Positions 36,501 through 47,350 of a stretch of 50,163 nt of DNA are shown here, piece by piece. How positions within the stretch are numbered: the first letter of the stretch is position 1; each line of letters begins with the position of its first letter. Made by a program: the position numbers and the translations under genes. Below the pieces are notes generated by a model. That model was not told the DNA's origin, searched no databases, and saw nothing but the letters and a program-made list of their open reading frames with translations. This DNA is from Nemertoderma westbladi (lineage: Eukaryota; Animalia; Xenacoelomorpha): NCBI GenBank assembly GCA_032718475.1, contig JAUCBJ010007127.1:1-50163 (forward strand), written 5' to 3'.

Positions 36501-37573
36501 TTGGCTTTCAGAAACTGGGGAATACCAGTTACTCTGTCCACCGGGAAACTTAAATTGGAAAAATCAAACATGTTTAGAAAAGGGGTATACGTTGAAATTC
36601 TTTTGATATTATTTTGTTTTCTATCAATTTTCTTATAATTTGCGGCGGCCAATACTGCGTATTTAAAGCATTCCCCCAGCGGGCAGTCTACGCTTACGGT
36701 ACATTTTTTATTTAATAATAATTTAGAATTATTGAAGCCTTGACCCTTTAAATAGGGGTTGCGTTGGGACCGCGCAATCTCAATAGTTATTCGCTCGATG
36801 GCTATTATGCGCCAACCCGAGCCGAGGCAGAGAAACACGCTTAACAGTTGATCGATACGATTGACGGCGCTAGAAAACCAGTTATTAAAGTCGCTATTAT
36901 TTAGAATTTGATTATTGTTACCGCTAGATTTAAAACAGAATGATTCAATTTGAAATCCCTCGCTCGTTTCACGCTCCATTACGATGTTGATTGTAAGCCA
37001 GACTCTTAAAAAAGTTCCCATGGCACTACGTAAATGGCTACTAACGTGTTCTTGAATGTGTGGAAAATTTTCATTTAATGTTAATTCTGCGTCGAGTCTT
37101 GTTTCTGCGAGGTCGTTGTTATAGGTAAACAGTCGTCCGTGTGCGCTTCCGTTGGAGGGGGGTTGAAATGGATTGTTTGGGGAAATAGAATCTCGTGAAG
37201 TTGAAGGTTCATTATTGGAGCCGCCGCCGCCGACTTGTTCTGGAGTAGAGTTGATGGGGGATGAGTGGGAGGTAGTCGGAGTTTTGCGTTTCCGCGAAAA
37301 AAGTCGAGTGTAGCATTCATGCTCAGAAAAGGATGACAGGGTGAGCGAATCCCCGCAGCGGCAATCGGCTGGCTCGTTTACGTAACTAAATCCTGTTCCC
37401 CCCTGAGGACACGAAGCAAGATGGCCAATCAGCGTCTTCTTTTCCGAAGACCAAGTCGGACAGCAGTCGCATCGATATTGCGCGAAATGAGTTTTAATAT
37501 GGCGAGATAAATTATCACTCCGCGTCTCTTTGTCGCAGATGGGGCAGCTGACTTTATTGGTTGATCTTGGCAT
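33518..37573 (-). CDS. Protein-primed family B DNA polymerase (Polinton pPolB with endonuclease VII/HNH-like insert), 1351 aa
   Basis: Exo motifs IYADIE, FHNLRKFD, YLVLDV; KGVFPY; Pol motifs DANNLYG, KLMNNALYGK, GDTDS, PKVY, AKG. N-terminal C2H2 finger, terminal-protein GSGW motif, vOTU-like CFKYAV..HY, and CxxC..VRDHDHYSGEYRGAACxxCN. Confidence 0.96.
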   Translation of the reverse strand: MPRSTNKVSCPICDKETRSDNLSRHIKTHFAQYRCDCCPTWSSEKKTLIGHLASCPQGGTGFSYVNEPADCRCGDSLTLSSFSEHECYTRLFSRKRKTPTTSHSSPINSTPEQVGGGGSNNEPSTSRDSISPNNPFQPPSNGSAHGRLFTYNNDLAETRLDAELTLNENFPHIQEHVSSHLRSAMGTFLRVWLTINIVMERETSEGFQIESFCFKSSGNNNQILNNSDFNNWFSSAVNRIDQLLSVFLCLGSGWRIIAIERITIEIARSQRNPYLKGQGFNNSKLLLNKKCTVSVDCPLGECFKYAVLAAANYKKIDRKQNNIKRISTYTPFLNMFDFSNLSFPVDRVTGIPQFLKANPIYCINLLYWSNTEELSILSQPDSAHCSGKTVLNLLFIEATTKNPAHYVAITNIDRLINTKATSTGNKTHCERCLRAFYTDKSLGEHRERCYTGKRQLEYMPENLLVKFDRYDKTLSPPFCIYADIETILEPTNNIKLPQKHIASAAAFYTVPNQKLINPPKTDVQIFRDDGSNHIMRDFLTAMESHCRELYDWSISSTNTHAPMQLTTSQQTDFNNATQCYVCNCNLTPDSHNLNLNDNLSTKVRDHDHYSGEYRGAACVSCNRKLSLKRNNFYIIFHNLRKFDMHLLLKEGMTDSSRTHWKMSVIPKNTETYIHLKVSFPIDPSTPTANAKESISINFLDSYQFMTASLDNLSSYLTKNNSNLATAIPHTLAQMTQLYPNISDNTIKNKGVFPYSYIQNISNLHETTLPPLESFYNDLKLEQCSAENYQRALTTWDELNCLTIFDYMIGYLVLDVTLLADTFEQFRSLCLTNYGLEPVMYFTAPGLTYDAALKFTQSEIQLLSDASIYSDFETNIRGGLVFLNTHSVDANIPDKPDYDSSLPEKYLIPIDANNLYGCALSQKLPYANIKLVTTPIDLATVDASGDTGYYCIVDLHYPKEIHDLTADLPLGAEKMSVPKSFLSEYMEDLWEHYNLTDRATCRPYNDTCTKLLLHQFNKVEYGIHIKLLQLYLKLGLKLTQVHRVYSFSQKYIFKDYISFNTNKRQSANNPFEVLFYKLMNNALYGKCLQKVRDRVSFRLCNSDEQCDLLLAKPNHESFVVFTPNLSGHTFTKEAVCLNQGVFIGCTILDLSKLQMYDLFYNKLKPLEQKLDCQIRCLAGDTDSLMLSVTNTPQLTFLRAMFEGGFLDTSNYSTTHPLYTIKHKAALGFVKDESCGLQYKQWVFLKPKVYSFQSYDAPIKKTAKGVSRSVVAKQLTHEDYADCFENEAMLFRYNSTFTSRKHQIFTGHVYKKALTLWDTKSYWSSKYSSKPYGHYSTKLVRPAKRVVIPPTRI

Positions 37574-38283
37574 CTTGAATCTAGAAAAATATGTTGATTA
37601 TTTATAAAAATAAAAAATACTGTATACGTGCTAAAAATAAAGTAAAACAGTAGGTATTAATTGGTTACTAGGCAACAATACTGTGTTTGTATAGTTAGGC
37701 CTATTGCTGTATTGTAGCAATCAGCCAGTGAAACATAAAGCAGACCGTCGGTAGTGTCTAGTGTGGAAGTGTTAGTGTACCAGCGGTCAGATAGTGGCGA
37801 TAACCAAGACACAATAGCGATGGCAGTTATTATTCGTGGAAAGAGGGTCTATAAACAGCAGTCAGTCAGTGCAGTAGTGCTAGTGATATAGTCTGCTACA
37901 AGTCAGACGTACCGGTAGCGTTAACCAATAGAAATCAACGATAGGCTTAGCTAATCGCTGTGTGAGATCTCAGTTAGTCAGTAGGATATATAGTGAAAAC
38001 TGCAGTATTCATTGTTGTTCAATAGGGTCTATATCGCTACTATGATGGCATTAGGCTAACTCGAATGATGGGTTATCGGTAGTTGGGTAGACAGGCAGAT
38101 AGACAGATGTAGGCCTATTGATCGAATGCTTCGATCACGGTTTAGGCTATCGGTACCACCGCAGTCTGACAGTAATTAATAATGAGCCTACTGCAATACT
38201 GTTGTACCGGTAGACATTAAATGTAAATTGTTTGCTAGCGGCATCGATAGTACCGTCAGATGGTGGAAGGGAAGGCAGATTTT

Positions 38284-38720
38284 ACTTACGGTGTTAGTAA
38301 ATATTCACGGAAAGAAGAAGTTTGGACGTTCGTGAGGAAGTTGGTTGACGTGGACGATGAGAGAATTTATTAACCGATAGAGCGGAATGATATCGGAAAT
38401 TAGAAATAATGGAATATTACGCGGCGGATATGCGGAAAGTTTGTTGTCGACGATGAGCAATAGCACGGCGAAATGACAATAATACAACTCTACAAGTGGG
38501 TTGTTGACTGATGATAACAAATAAATATTCTTAATAAATAATATTAAATTCGAAAACAAAATAATGGTAAATGATGTTAATTGTAAATTGCAATTGAATT
38601 AATGACCTAATATATTGATGGGGACTTATTAAATAGCAATTCGGTTAGTAAGGGAGGCCCTTGTCTCTTAAATGAGCCAATCAGAACGCAGCAGCAGAAA
38701 TGAAGCCCGCTGATTGGCTG
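38284..38720 (-). promoter_or_regulatory. Putative promoter and non-coding leader exon of the minus-strand (pPolB) transcription unit
   Basis: CCAAT boxes at ~38677 and ~38713; minus-strand TATTTAA starting at 38635; Inr-like TCATT with A at 38603 (32 nt); ATG-free stretch down to donor GTAAGT at 38289-38284; acceptor ATTTTTCTAG at 37590-37581. Confidence 0.5.
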
Positions 38721-39208
38721 TTCATGCATAAGCGGTAACCAGGGCAACTTCTCGCGTTGATGAATCTATTAGAAAACTCTTGTAAGCATCTTGACTAATT
38801 ATATTGAGTTGGCTGTATAACAGAAGCAGGTCTGGTGCAAAGGAAAGGGATTAGTAGAGAGGAATGCGTGATTAGAGGCGCTTCATTGTTATGATACGGG
38901 TTGCCTGGATATAGGAAAGGGACAAAGCGACGTCGGCTATAGTGGGAACAATGGAGGGCCGCTTGAGCATTAGCCTTGGGCGATATACGGATTTGCTGTA
39001 GTCAAGGCCGCGATGGGATTATTAGTGAGTCATCGGGGGGGAGGCTAACAGACGGGACCGCTCATTTATATTTGCCTTGGGGTATACGTGTAGATTCACT
39101 GCCTGTCGTATCTAGTTAATGAATAATGATGGCAGAGGAGGGGCCCCCGCCGATGAACGTAGTTGATAGTTGCCAGTAGGGAGCCGTATACCATAGCCAT
39201 TATAAAGT

Positions 39209-40080
39209 TAAAAATAGACATTATGTCATAGTGATCTCATTGGTAATATAAAACCAAATTAATCTAAAAATAGAAATCAATATATAAAGTAAAAGTAATA
39301 CAATTAATTAATTTAAAATAAAGTACAAATGAATAAATAAAGTCAAATAGAATACAAATAATTAATTAAAATTAGGTACAAATAAATAGTTAAATATGTA
39401 TAATATGTTAATTTTCAGATAATACGCCCTCTAGCGGCAGACTATGGAACTACAGGCGGTTGGATATATGTACGAGTAATTAGTAATCAGAGCTGTCACG
39501 GGGTGGGGGGCAGGGGCGCTTGGATACAACTATCATTAATATGCTGTTGCTTGGTTAAAGCTAATTGGGGGGTCAAAGGTCAACGATAAAGCTGTCTGGA
39601 GTAATTAGTTACCAGTAAGGGAGCTGTATACCCATAAAGTACAAATGAATAATTAATTTAGAATTAAATACGAATAAAATAAAATGCAAATAATTAATTA
39701 AAATTAAATATAAATAAATAGATATTAATGAATAAAAGAGCTGCGGTGTCACTTATGACACCCTCTTGAGCCGGCTCTGTGACACTTGGACCTAACTGAT
39801 GACCCATTGTGTGTCAGGGCGCTAATCAGTCTGATTAATTAGGATAATCAATTAAACCCTAATTAGGAGTCATATGACACCTGTTAGGGTTTAATTGAAC
39901 TAATTAATTGATGACACCTGTCAATTAGGGTCTAATTAGCCTAATTGGGAGGTGTCACCCAGACAGTCTGGCGCCAATGACACCCAATGACACCCATAGG
40001 GTGATAATTGGGTGTCATATGACACCCAATGGGTGTCAGTGAGGTCCAAGTGTCACAGAGCCGGCCAAGACCCTACTACT
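39209..40080 (-). repeat. Right terminal inverted repeat (872 bp)
   Basis: Reverse complement of 25019-25890; ends CCCTACTACT. Confidence 0.95.
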
Positions 40081-40086
40081 CATTCA
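40081..40086. other. Right target-site duplication CATTCA
   Basis: Identical to 25013-25018. Confidence 0.93.
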
Positions 40087-41836
40087 TATCTCTATTATTA
40101 TTCCATTACTCGATTCAAATTAATTAAAGCCTTTTAATCGCTGTACATTCATTATTCCCCCCTGTACGATTTCATCCTCTAAGAATACTTAATCATAAAA
40201 TCTTAGATATTCGGTTATCGGTTATATACAAATTAAATTAATCAGAATATCCAATTAGATAAAACTACCCCTAGAAGGCCTAAACAAAAATCTACATAAA
40301 TGTAGTCAAGATGAATAATTAATTAGTATAATCATAGTTTTTATGATTTCTGGAATGGGGCAAAGTGCAGCTTAATATTGTATCTACTACTGTAGGAGAA
40401 TTACTTCTACTATAAGGATGCTTGTATATCGGTAGGCGGTGTCGTATATACGAAGCTAAACCAGTCAGTAGTAGTAGATCTCCCCCCTGGGCAAACCTGG
40501 CAGTTGTCTTGGAGTTGAACTAAAGTTCCAGAACCTTATGACTTGCTTTACGTCCCGAATAGGCCTCCTGTGCTTCGCTACCTCAACCTTAATATTTCAA
40601 TTCAAGATTTGTAATCCTCCAGAATACCTACTGTAGTGTAACATTCTGACAGACAGCCATGACATGAATTCTATTGTAATCAGCAGAAGAAGCTCTGTAT
40701 CTCAGTATGATACTTTTTTAACAAAGAAACTTCATTGCAAATTGAAATACCTAATTATGTAAATAATATAAATTCATGTTTATTTACTTACCTAGCTTTA
40801 TTTACTTTGTTTTTATTTATGTAGATTAGCAATAATGGAAACCAAACACAGACACTATTGTATTTTATTTAAAAAAAAAACAATTAAACACGATATGTTA
40901 CGTTGCAATGAACACAATTGAATTGAGCTCTACATATTAGATTTTAACTTATCTGCCTAAATTGCTATAGTTGAGTTCGATAGACTTTGTAATTTAAAGA
41001 AAAATCACATGATTTTATCAGTGAAGATAAATGTTTGAGAATTCGGTAGAAGGGGGTGTCACCCCATGTAACTGTAAATATTGATATTCCAAAACCTTTA
41101 ATATTTATATTGTAAGGCGACATGTGGCTTTATTTATTCAGATAAATAGAACAAAGTCGATACACAACGACCTGCTATTTAAACTTTATGTCATTGATCA
41201 CGTACGTGGGGACTTCGCGCAGCACCTAAGTCCAGATGAGCCTATGCGTAGAGGTACAATTTGTGGACGTAGTCGTTCGCCTCCTAGCGGCAGACCGAGG
41301 AACTGTAAATGTCTGTCTGTGAGCAGAATTTCAGCAATGCTCGTAGGTCACTCCTACCAAATTTCAGATGAATATGTTGGATGGTTCTATAATTACAGCT
41401 ACCTTTTCGTTTATGTCAATTCGCCCCCTAGCGGCAGACAGATTTACTACAGAAGTCTGTCTCTCGGTACAATTTCTAAACTTTTGATAGACTACAGATG
41501 TACCAAGTTTGGTTCCATTTCATCAAATATTGACCGACTTATTAGCGTTCAAACTTTTCCGACAACGACGGACGGGTCCACTAATTATACACTTACACTA
41601 AGGCTCACGTGGAATTACGTGGCTCGCCCCACATATAAAAACATAATTATTGGTATTAGTCCAGCAGATTTTGCATTTTACCTTGCATGGAAGTATATAA
41701 TAAATGTTTTTATTCCAAAATTGTAACATTACTCAACGCCGATTGTATTAACAGCGAGTTGTTATTTTGCACTTTACAACTTTAGAGGACATTACAGTAT
41801 TGTATTGGCCTGTACATTTCATATTGCATTTGGTGT

Positions 41837-41927
41837 TATTGTTTACGTGGTAACCATTGACGGCGTTAAGTAATGTTCACTACGGGGACATTACTTAACG
41901 CCGTCATTGGATACCACGTAAACAATA
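41837..41927. repeat. 91-bp near-perfect hairpin (40-bp arms, 2 mismatches, 11-nt loop), MITE-like
   Basis: TATTGTTTACGTGGTAACCATTGACGGCGTTAAGTAATGT / ACATTACTTAACGCCGTCATTGGATACCACGTAAACAATA; TA at both ends. Confidence 0.85.
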
Positions 41928-43001
41928 GGTGGAAATTTGCCTGACAGCCAGATAGGCCTACTGCAATACCTACCGGTAGGCGGGGCAGGGTATAGCTATT
42001 AATAACCAGTGGGGCCTAGCTATATTATTATAACATGGCTCCAAACGCCACCATAAATATAAGCTAACTTATTTATAACATAATTTATATCATTTTTACA
42101 TTTATTTATACAGCAACTAATATAATTGGTGCAGTTTCTATCACTTATACTGTAAGTTATAATGTATATGTAAAATCATTTCGTAATGTTACAATTTTGG
42201 AATAAAACTACATACATACTTGGTGCAAAGTACTTTACAGTGTTCTGATCCTCGTGGATATATTTTCACTCACTCACTAACGTTCCTTCGTGAAACAAAG
42301 CCACTCGGATCATCACACTGTAAAGTGCTACTTTACACACAAGTATGTAAATAGTTATTATGTACTGATTCGGGTAGGACAAATTGTTGTCATCAATAAT
42401 TCGACTAATGACCAACTGGCATCACTGAGGGTTTTCCTCAATGTTACCAAATACCATATGGCAATAATAGATGTAATAATTTCAACTTCCATCCCTATTT
42501 ATTGAAAAACGAACTTTAAATATTCGGATGAATTGTCGTAACCGTTGCGTGCCGGGGGACAATTTATTAAATTGCTAATTATTCAAAATCCTCAATGATA
42601 TAAGCTGGCATCAGAAATCATCAAAATTTCCCACCAAAATCATCCAAAACATTTACTATATATACTAACTCCCATGCCCTGCCCAGCCCATGTAAGGTTC
42701 AGTGACAAAACGGTTAATATCTGCCGGACTTGGTGGACGTATGGGCAAGAAACAATACCTAAAGAATAGCAGACAAGTATAGGCAAACTAAACGCTAAAC
42801 ATGTGTCATGTCATTGTTTCCATTTCTGTACATAACCATAATATTAATTACATAATATCATTAATTACAGTAGCAGTAACAGCTCATCTCCAATTAATTT
42901 AATAAACATATCAACTGATTCTCTTCCCCTCTCAATGAGAAACAATAATTGCATCAATTTGTATCAAAATAGGTATATTTTGTCAATTTAATCTTATAAT
43001 T

Positions 43002-43540
43002 TACTACTACTAGGTCGAGCGAACTCGGACAGTGGAAATGAGATCCTTCCAGGCTTCCCGATTCTCCATAGTTGTCGCAATTTCGTTTCAGTATCCCTTT
43101 CAAGTTGATCTATATGTTATGGCAGGTCGTCCACGACTACGCTTTCCTTGAGTTGGTTGCCAGAGAAGTAGATCTGGTATGACCTCGTCTTTACTTCGCC
43201 AGCAGTGCCCACTGAATCTTAATCTGCGTTCACGGAGGGTGGTTGATACAGGTGGTATTGTACCATAAAGCTCGGCGTTTGTCATGTGTTGTCTCCAGCT
43301 GATGTTTAGGGCAGCCCTTAGTAGTCTTGTGTAGCAACCATCAATTCGTTGTTCAAGTGATTTAGTCAGTGTCCAGGTCTCACCCCCGTAAAAAAATACA
43401 CTTTCCACTGTGGCTCGAAAGAACTTAGTCTTCAGGTGCCTGGAGAGATCTGATTTCCAGATGGTATCCATTTTTGATAGAGCTACCCAAGCCTTTGCTT
43501 TCCTAACTTCTATGTCCTTTTTGCTACTCTCTATCCATTA
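43002..43540 (-). mobile_element. RTE-clade LINE 3' fragment (family A)
   Basis: FFRATVESVFFYGGETWTLT..RIDGCYTRLLR..RRLRFSGHCWR..RSRGRP; (TAG)n tail at 43002-43012. Confidence 0.88.
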
Positions 43541-43703
43541 TCCGATCTTATAATTTATTGTATTTGATATCGTCTGCAATAAATTAAATGACCACATTTT
43601 TGCTATTAAACTTATTCATTTAAATGCATTGTAGATTACAACAATCAGTCTAAATTGTCATCATAAAACACTTAATTTTACTGAGTCAACGTAATGAATG
43701 AAA

Positions 43704-44825
43704 TTAATTGAAACTCGCTTGTAATTTTGGTACTCTTATTTTCATTTCCACCCGAGTCAGCTCCAAACTGAAAGTAGACCAGAATACCCCTTTTGGATAT
43801 GTCATTCCGTAATGTCCGTTTAGATTAGCATAAGTACATGAAGCATACCACCAAGCACCAGACATGCCGGTAGCACAATCAGAAGAAGTCACGGAGTTAT
43901 CTCGATCTCTCGTGGAGAATGGCTGTCCACTGCCGTAGAGTAAACCTCCAGGGGAACCGTACAGTATTGAATCCCCCGCAGTACCGCTGAATCCTGACAA
44001 ATCTAATTCGTAATTACTAGCGGCCGATTTCACCTGGAACGAGGTATATTCCGCATACTTGTGTTCCCCATCGGAATCCCAAAGATCGATCCTTAGTGGA
44101 ACACCACCCTCGGATAATCTATGGAGACTCTCTAACCCTATCCAGAACTCGTGAGTGACGTCACCGAACCCGCGGAGGTAACTGTGCCATCCTCGGAAGA
44201 AATCCACTGAGCCGTTTACTCTCCTTTGGAACACCAGCCAAGGACCCTCCGGGAATCTGGTATCACAACGTATTAAACCTGAGAGCCCAAAGGAGCTGTT
44301 GTAGAAATTAATTGTATCATTTCTTTGGCTTTTTGGGCAGAATTCGGTATTTTTTAATATCAATACGCCTTTTAAATCTTCCAATTGTTTCATTAATTTA
44401 ATAAATTCCCTCTCTTGCGAATTTAGTTGACTAGTTAATAAACTTCCCTGCACATTTACCTTGTCGACAAATTCTTGTTTATCACCAACCATTAGAAATA
44501 TTATTACCAAGGCAGTGGCTAACAGGAATAGGAATCCAATGTTAAGTATGATCATAACTACCAACCAATAGTTTTTCATTGTTGGCTCTTCTTGCTTTTT
44601 ACCATCTTTCAACAGTTCAACATAATTAGATTCTGCCAACCCATTGGGTTTATATTGATTATATATGACATTATTCGAAACAGGGTCTTTTTCTTCTTTT
44701 GTTGGTTGACTTTTTATAGAATGTAAATTGCAACTTGACATATCCTCATAATCAATAGGTATTTCGTTAGTTGCTTGGACATCAGCTAACTCGATCGATT
44801 TAATGTTTTCTCCATCAGCAGCCAT
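43704..44825 (-). CDS. Type II transmembrane fibrinogen-domain (FReD) protein, 373 aa, paralog of 22495-23679
   Basis: Tail, TM helix WLVVMIILNIGFLFLLATALVIIFLMV, neck, full FBG domain (WLVFQRR, FWIGLE, GTAGDS, FSTRDRDN, GAWWY, ANLNG, EMKIR). Acceptor TTTTCAG 14 nt before the ATG. Confidence 0.9.
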   Translation of the reverse strand: MAADGENIKSIELADVQATNEIPIDYEDMSSCNLHSIKSQPTKEEKDPVSNNVIYNQYKPNGLAESNYVELLKDGKKQEEPTMKNYWLVVMIILNIGFLFLLATALVIIFLMVGDKQEFVDKVNVQGSLLTSQLNSQEREFIKLMKQLEDLKGVLILKNTEFCPKSQRNDTINFYNSSFGLSGLIRCDTRFPEGPWLVFQRRVNGSVDFFRGWHSYLRGFGDVTHEFWIGLESLHRLSEGGVPLRIDLWDSDGEHKYAEYTSFQVKSAASNYELDLSGFSGTAGDSILYGSPGGLLYGSGQPFSTRDRDNSVTSSDCATGMSGAWWYASCTYANLNGHYGMTYPKGVFWSTFSLELTRVEMKIRVPKLQASFN

Positions 44826-45104
44826 CTATATTTGTATCTCTGAAAATAAAATTATTTGTATCTGAAAATATAATATTAAATTTATGGATCATCAATTAAT
44901 TGCTTAATTCATTAATTCAATTAATTAATTTATTAACAAATCAATTAATTAATCAGTGTATTTTAGTAAATGTTTTTAGAATAATGGCAATGTCCTCCGC
45001 ATATTAGGCAGTTATTAGTTCTCTGTCCTTTGCTACCGTGGCCTAGCCTGAAAGACGCAATAATAAAATGTAAAATATTAACTAAAATGTATTATATAGG
45101 TCAT

Positions 45105-47350
45105 ACTACTACTAGGATCGGCATGCTGCATTGTAGCTGCATTTTTAAGAATGCTGTGCCGGCTTGTCAACAAAATTGCACCGCCACAACTCCCTATCAC
45201 CCATGACATTTGCTAGATCATCCGCATCTTTAAGGCCAGTGTCCTTTAAGATGCGTCTCAAGAAAGTCATGGGCTGTCCACCATGCTTATTCACTCCATG
45301 AGGCTGCCAAAGTACAAGATTATGCACTGGCTGGTCCTCACGGCGAAAGCAATGTCCTGCAAAGCGGAGGCGGCTTTATTCTAGTGTCAAGCTTGGGGGA
45401 ACCAATGAGACACCTCCAATGTTATATAGTGTCTGGTTGGAGATGTGTGCATTGTACTTGACACAATGAACCCGGCGTAGCATTCTTGTGAATGTGCCAT
45501 CCAGAGATTTGGTGTCCTCAGCAGTTAGAGCCTAGCATGGACTCCCGTAGAGGAGTACTGGAACTACTGCTGCTCTAAATAATCGGACCTTAAGTTTCCG
45601 ATTAATTCTCGGTGACTTCCAAATCCTGGAAAGCCTATTCAAGGCTGCCCATGCCTTTCCCTTACGTATTCGAAGGTCCGGATCCATGATCCCAGGTAAC
45701 AGAAGTCGTCCACATGCTCAAGCATACCATCCTTTGAGCTTATGCTCATCCGATCAGAGACTTGCTGAGGACTTTCAAAGTTAACTGTCAGAATTTTGGT
45801 CTTTCTGGAGTTAATAAAAAGACCAACACTAGAAGCAGCATGTTCTAATGAGCTGAGGAGCCGTTGGGCTCCCTCTAATGATTCTGAGAGTACTCCTAAG
45901 TCATCAGCAAAGTCTAGATCAGTTAGGTACTTGGCAGGATTTCCTCGACTTCTGGAGCCAGTAAGTGGAGTTATCATCACCCCATCATCATTATAATGAT
46001 CTAAGGACATGCGTAGAACATAGTCAACCACAATAATGAACAAGAATGGTGCAAGTGTGTCTCCTTGGAGACGCCCCATAACACTTCAAATGGTTCTGTG
46101 TCACCGTCAACAGTAGACACAAATGTTGTCGAACCATCATATACTGATCTGATTGCTGCAATAATTTCATCAGGAATCCCATATAATGAAAGTATGCTGA
46201 ACATACGTGAGCGAGAGACTGAATCAAAGGCCTTCAAGAAGTCAACAAAGATAACAGCCAGATGCCTGTCTTTCTTTTTTGATAACTCTTCAATTATCCT
46301 TCTAAGTGCCAAAATGGGCTCCATGGTCCCACGACCTCTACGGAACCCATTCTGATTTCCACGGAGCAGTCTCTCAATGGGATCCCTGATGCGATTTAAT
46401 AGAATCCTATTGTATAGCTTTGCAGCAATCGAGATCAATGAGATTCCCCGAAAAGAACCATAGAGTGTTAGGTTGCCCTTCTTGGGAACTGGCACCAACT
46501 TATTTGTTTTCATTTCTTGTGGGACTCTTGTTGTTCGGTACATGTCTACTATGATGGGATAGATGAGCTTTAAACACTCAGGTATTTTAAAGACCTCAGG
46601 GGGAACACCATCTACTCCACTGGCACGATTGGTCTTAATGCTCTTTGCAGCAGCCTTCACTTCTGCAAAGGAGATATCGCCAATGGGAATATCTGGGAGT
46701 ACAGACTCAGACACTTTTACTTCTATAAAGTTATCAGGCAATACCCTGTCATTATTTTTTCAAGCGTTTTCAAAGCTTTTCAAAGTGGGCTTTCCAACCA
46801 TTGAGGCGATCGGCTGGTGGTTGGTTGGCTTTTCCGCCCAGTAAGCAGATTGATCGATTTCCATGCCTGGGATGATTGCCTGCTGTCGTCAGCATCATTG
46901 ATGGCATCAACCTGTTGGTTTATTAGCTCCTGTAGATTAACAGAGTACTGCCTGTTCAGGGACCTAGATGCAGCCTTAACTGCATTCTTGGCCGCTGTAG
47001 TCTGTTAGAGCCGGGACTCTTTCTGCGCCTTATGAAGGTCATTTCGGCACTTCTGAATTTTGTTGTCAGTCCAGGGGGCCCTTTTCCTGTTTCGAGGGTA
47101 TACAGGAACTGTTTCTGCAGCTGCTAACTTAACTGCTTCTGTAAAGGCAGTATAGCCCTCACAGTGATCTGCCGCCTCAGAGGCAAGAGCCTCATACCTG
47201 TTGCTCAGCTGTAGTGTGAAGCTGGATCTCACACTTGGCTGTTGCAACAGAGAGGACCAGTCATGCCGCGGCAAGGCAGATTTCGTTGTTCTGCTAGCAC
47301 GCAGACTAAGTCTTACCTTGGCCACAATAAGGCGGTGATCACTGGTGAAT
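45105..47350 (-). mobile_element. RTE-clade LINE (family B), 5'-truncated, frameshifted RT
   Basis: ASGVDG, PKKG, FRGISL, NQNGFR, FVDFLKAFDSV, QGDTLAP and DFADD motifs spread over several broken ORFs; (TAG)n tail near 45105. Confidence 0.92.

Larger units (their letters stand above)
25019..40080. mobile_element. Polinton/Maverick-type element, 15,062 bp, with pPolB but no visible integrase, capsid, ATPase or protease genes
   Basis: Termini AGTAGTAGGG...CCCTACTACT, 872-bp TIRs, 6-bp TSD and an intact protein-primed PolB are established Polinton hallmarks. Confidence 0.93.

Noticed and set aside
38305-38559. 84-aa minus-strand ORF upstream of pPolB
   Set aside because: No ATG; falls in the predicted non-coding leader exon; no domain signal.
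41124-41726. 200-aa ORF
   Set aside because: GTG start, no domain, coincides with a non-coding dispersed repeat also present near 24.2-24.6 kb.
42620-42680. Minus-strand VLDDFG as an SF3 helicase Walker B of an endogenous CRESS virus
   Set aside because: Short frame bounded by stops with no Walker A; lies in a decayed dispersed repeat.
45796-47008. Plus-strand ORFs of 63-96 aa
   Set aside because: Antisense shadows of the RTE reverse transcriptase.
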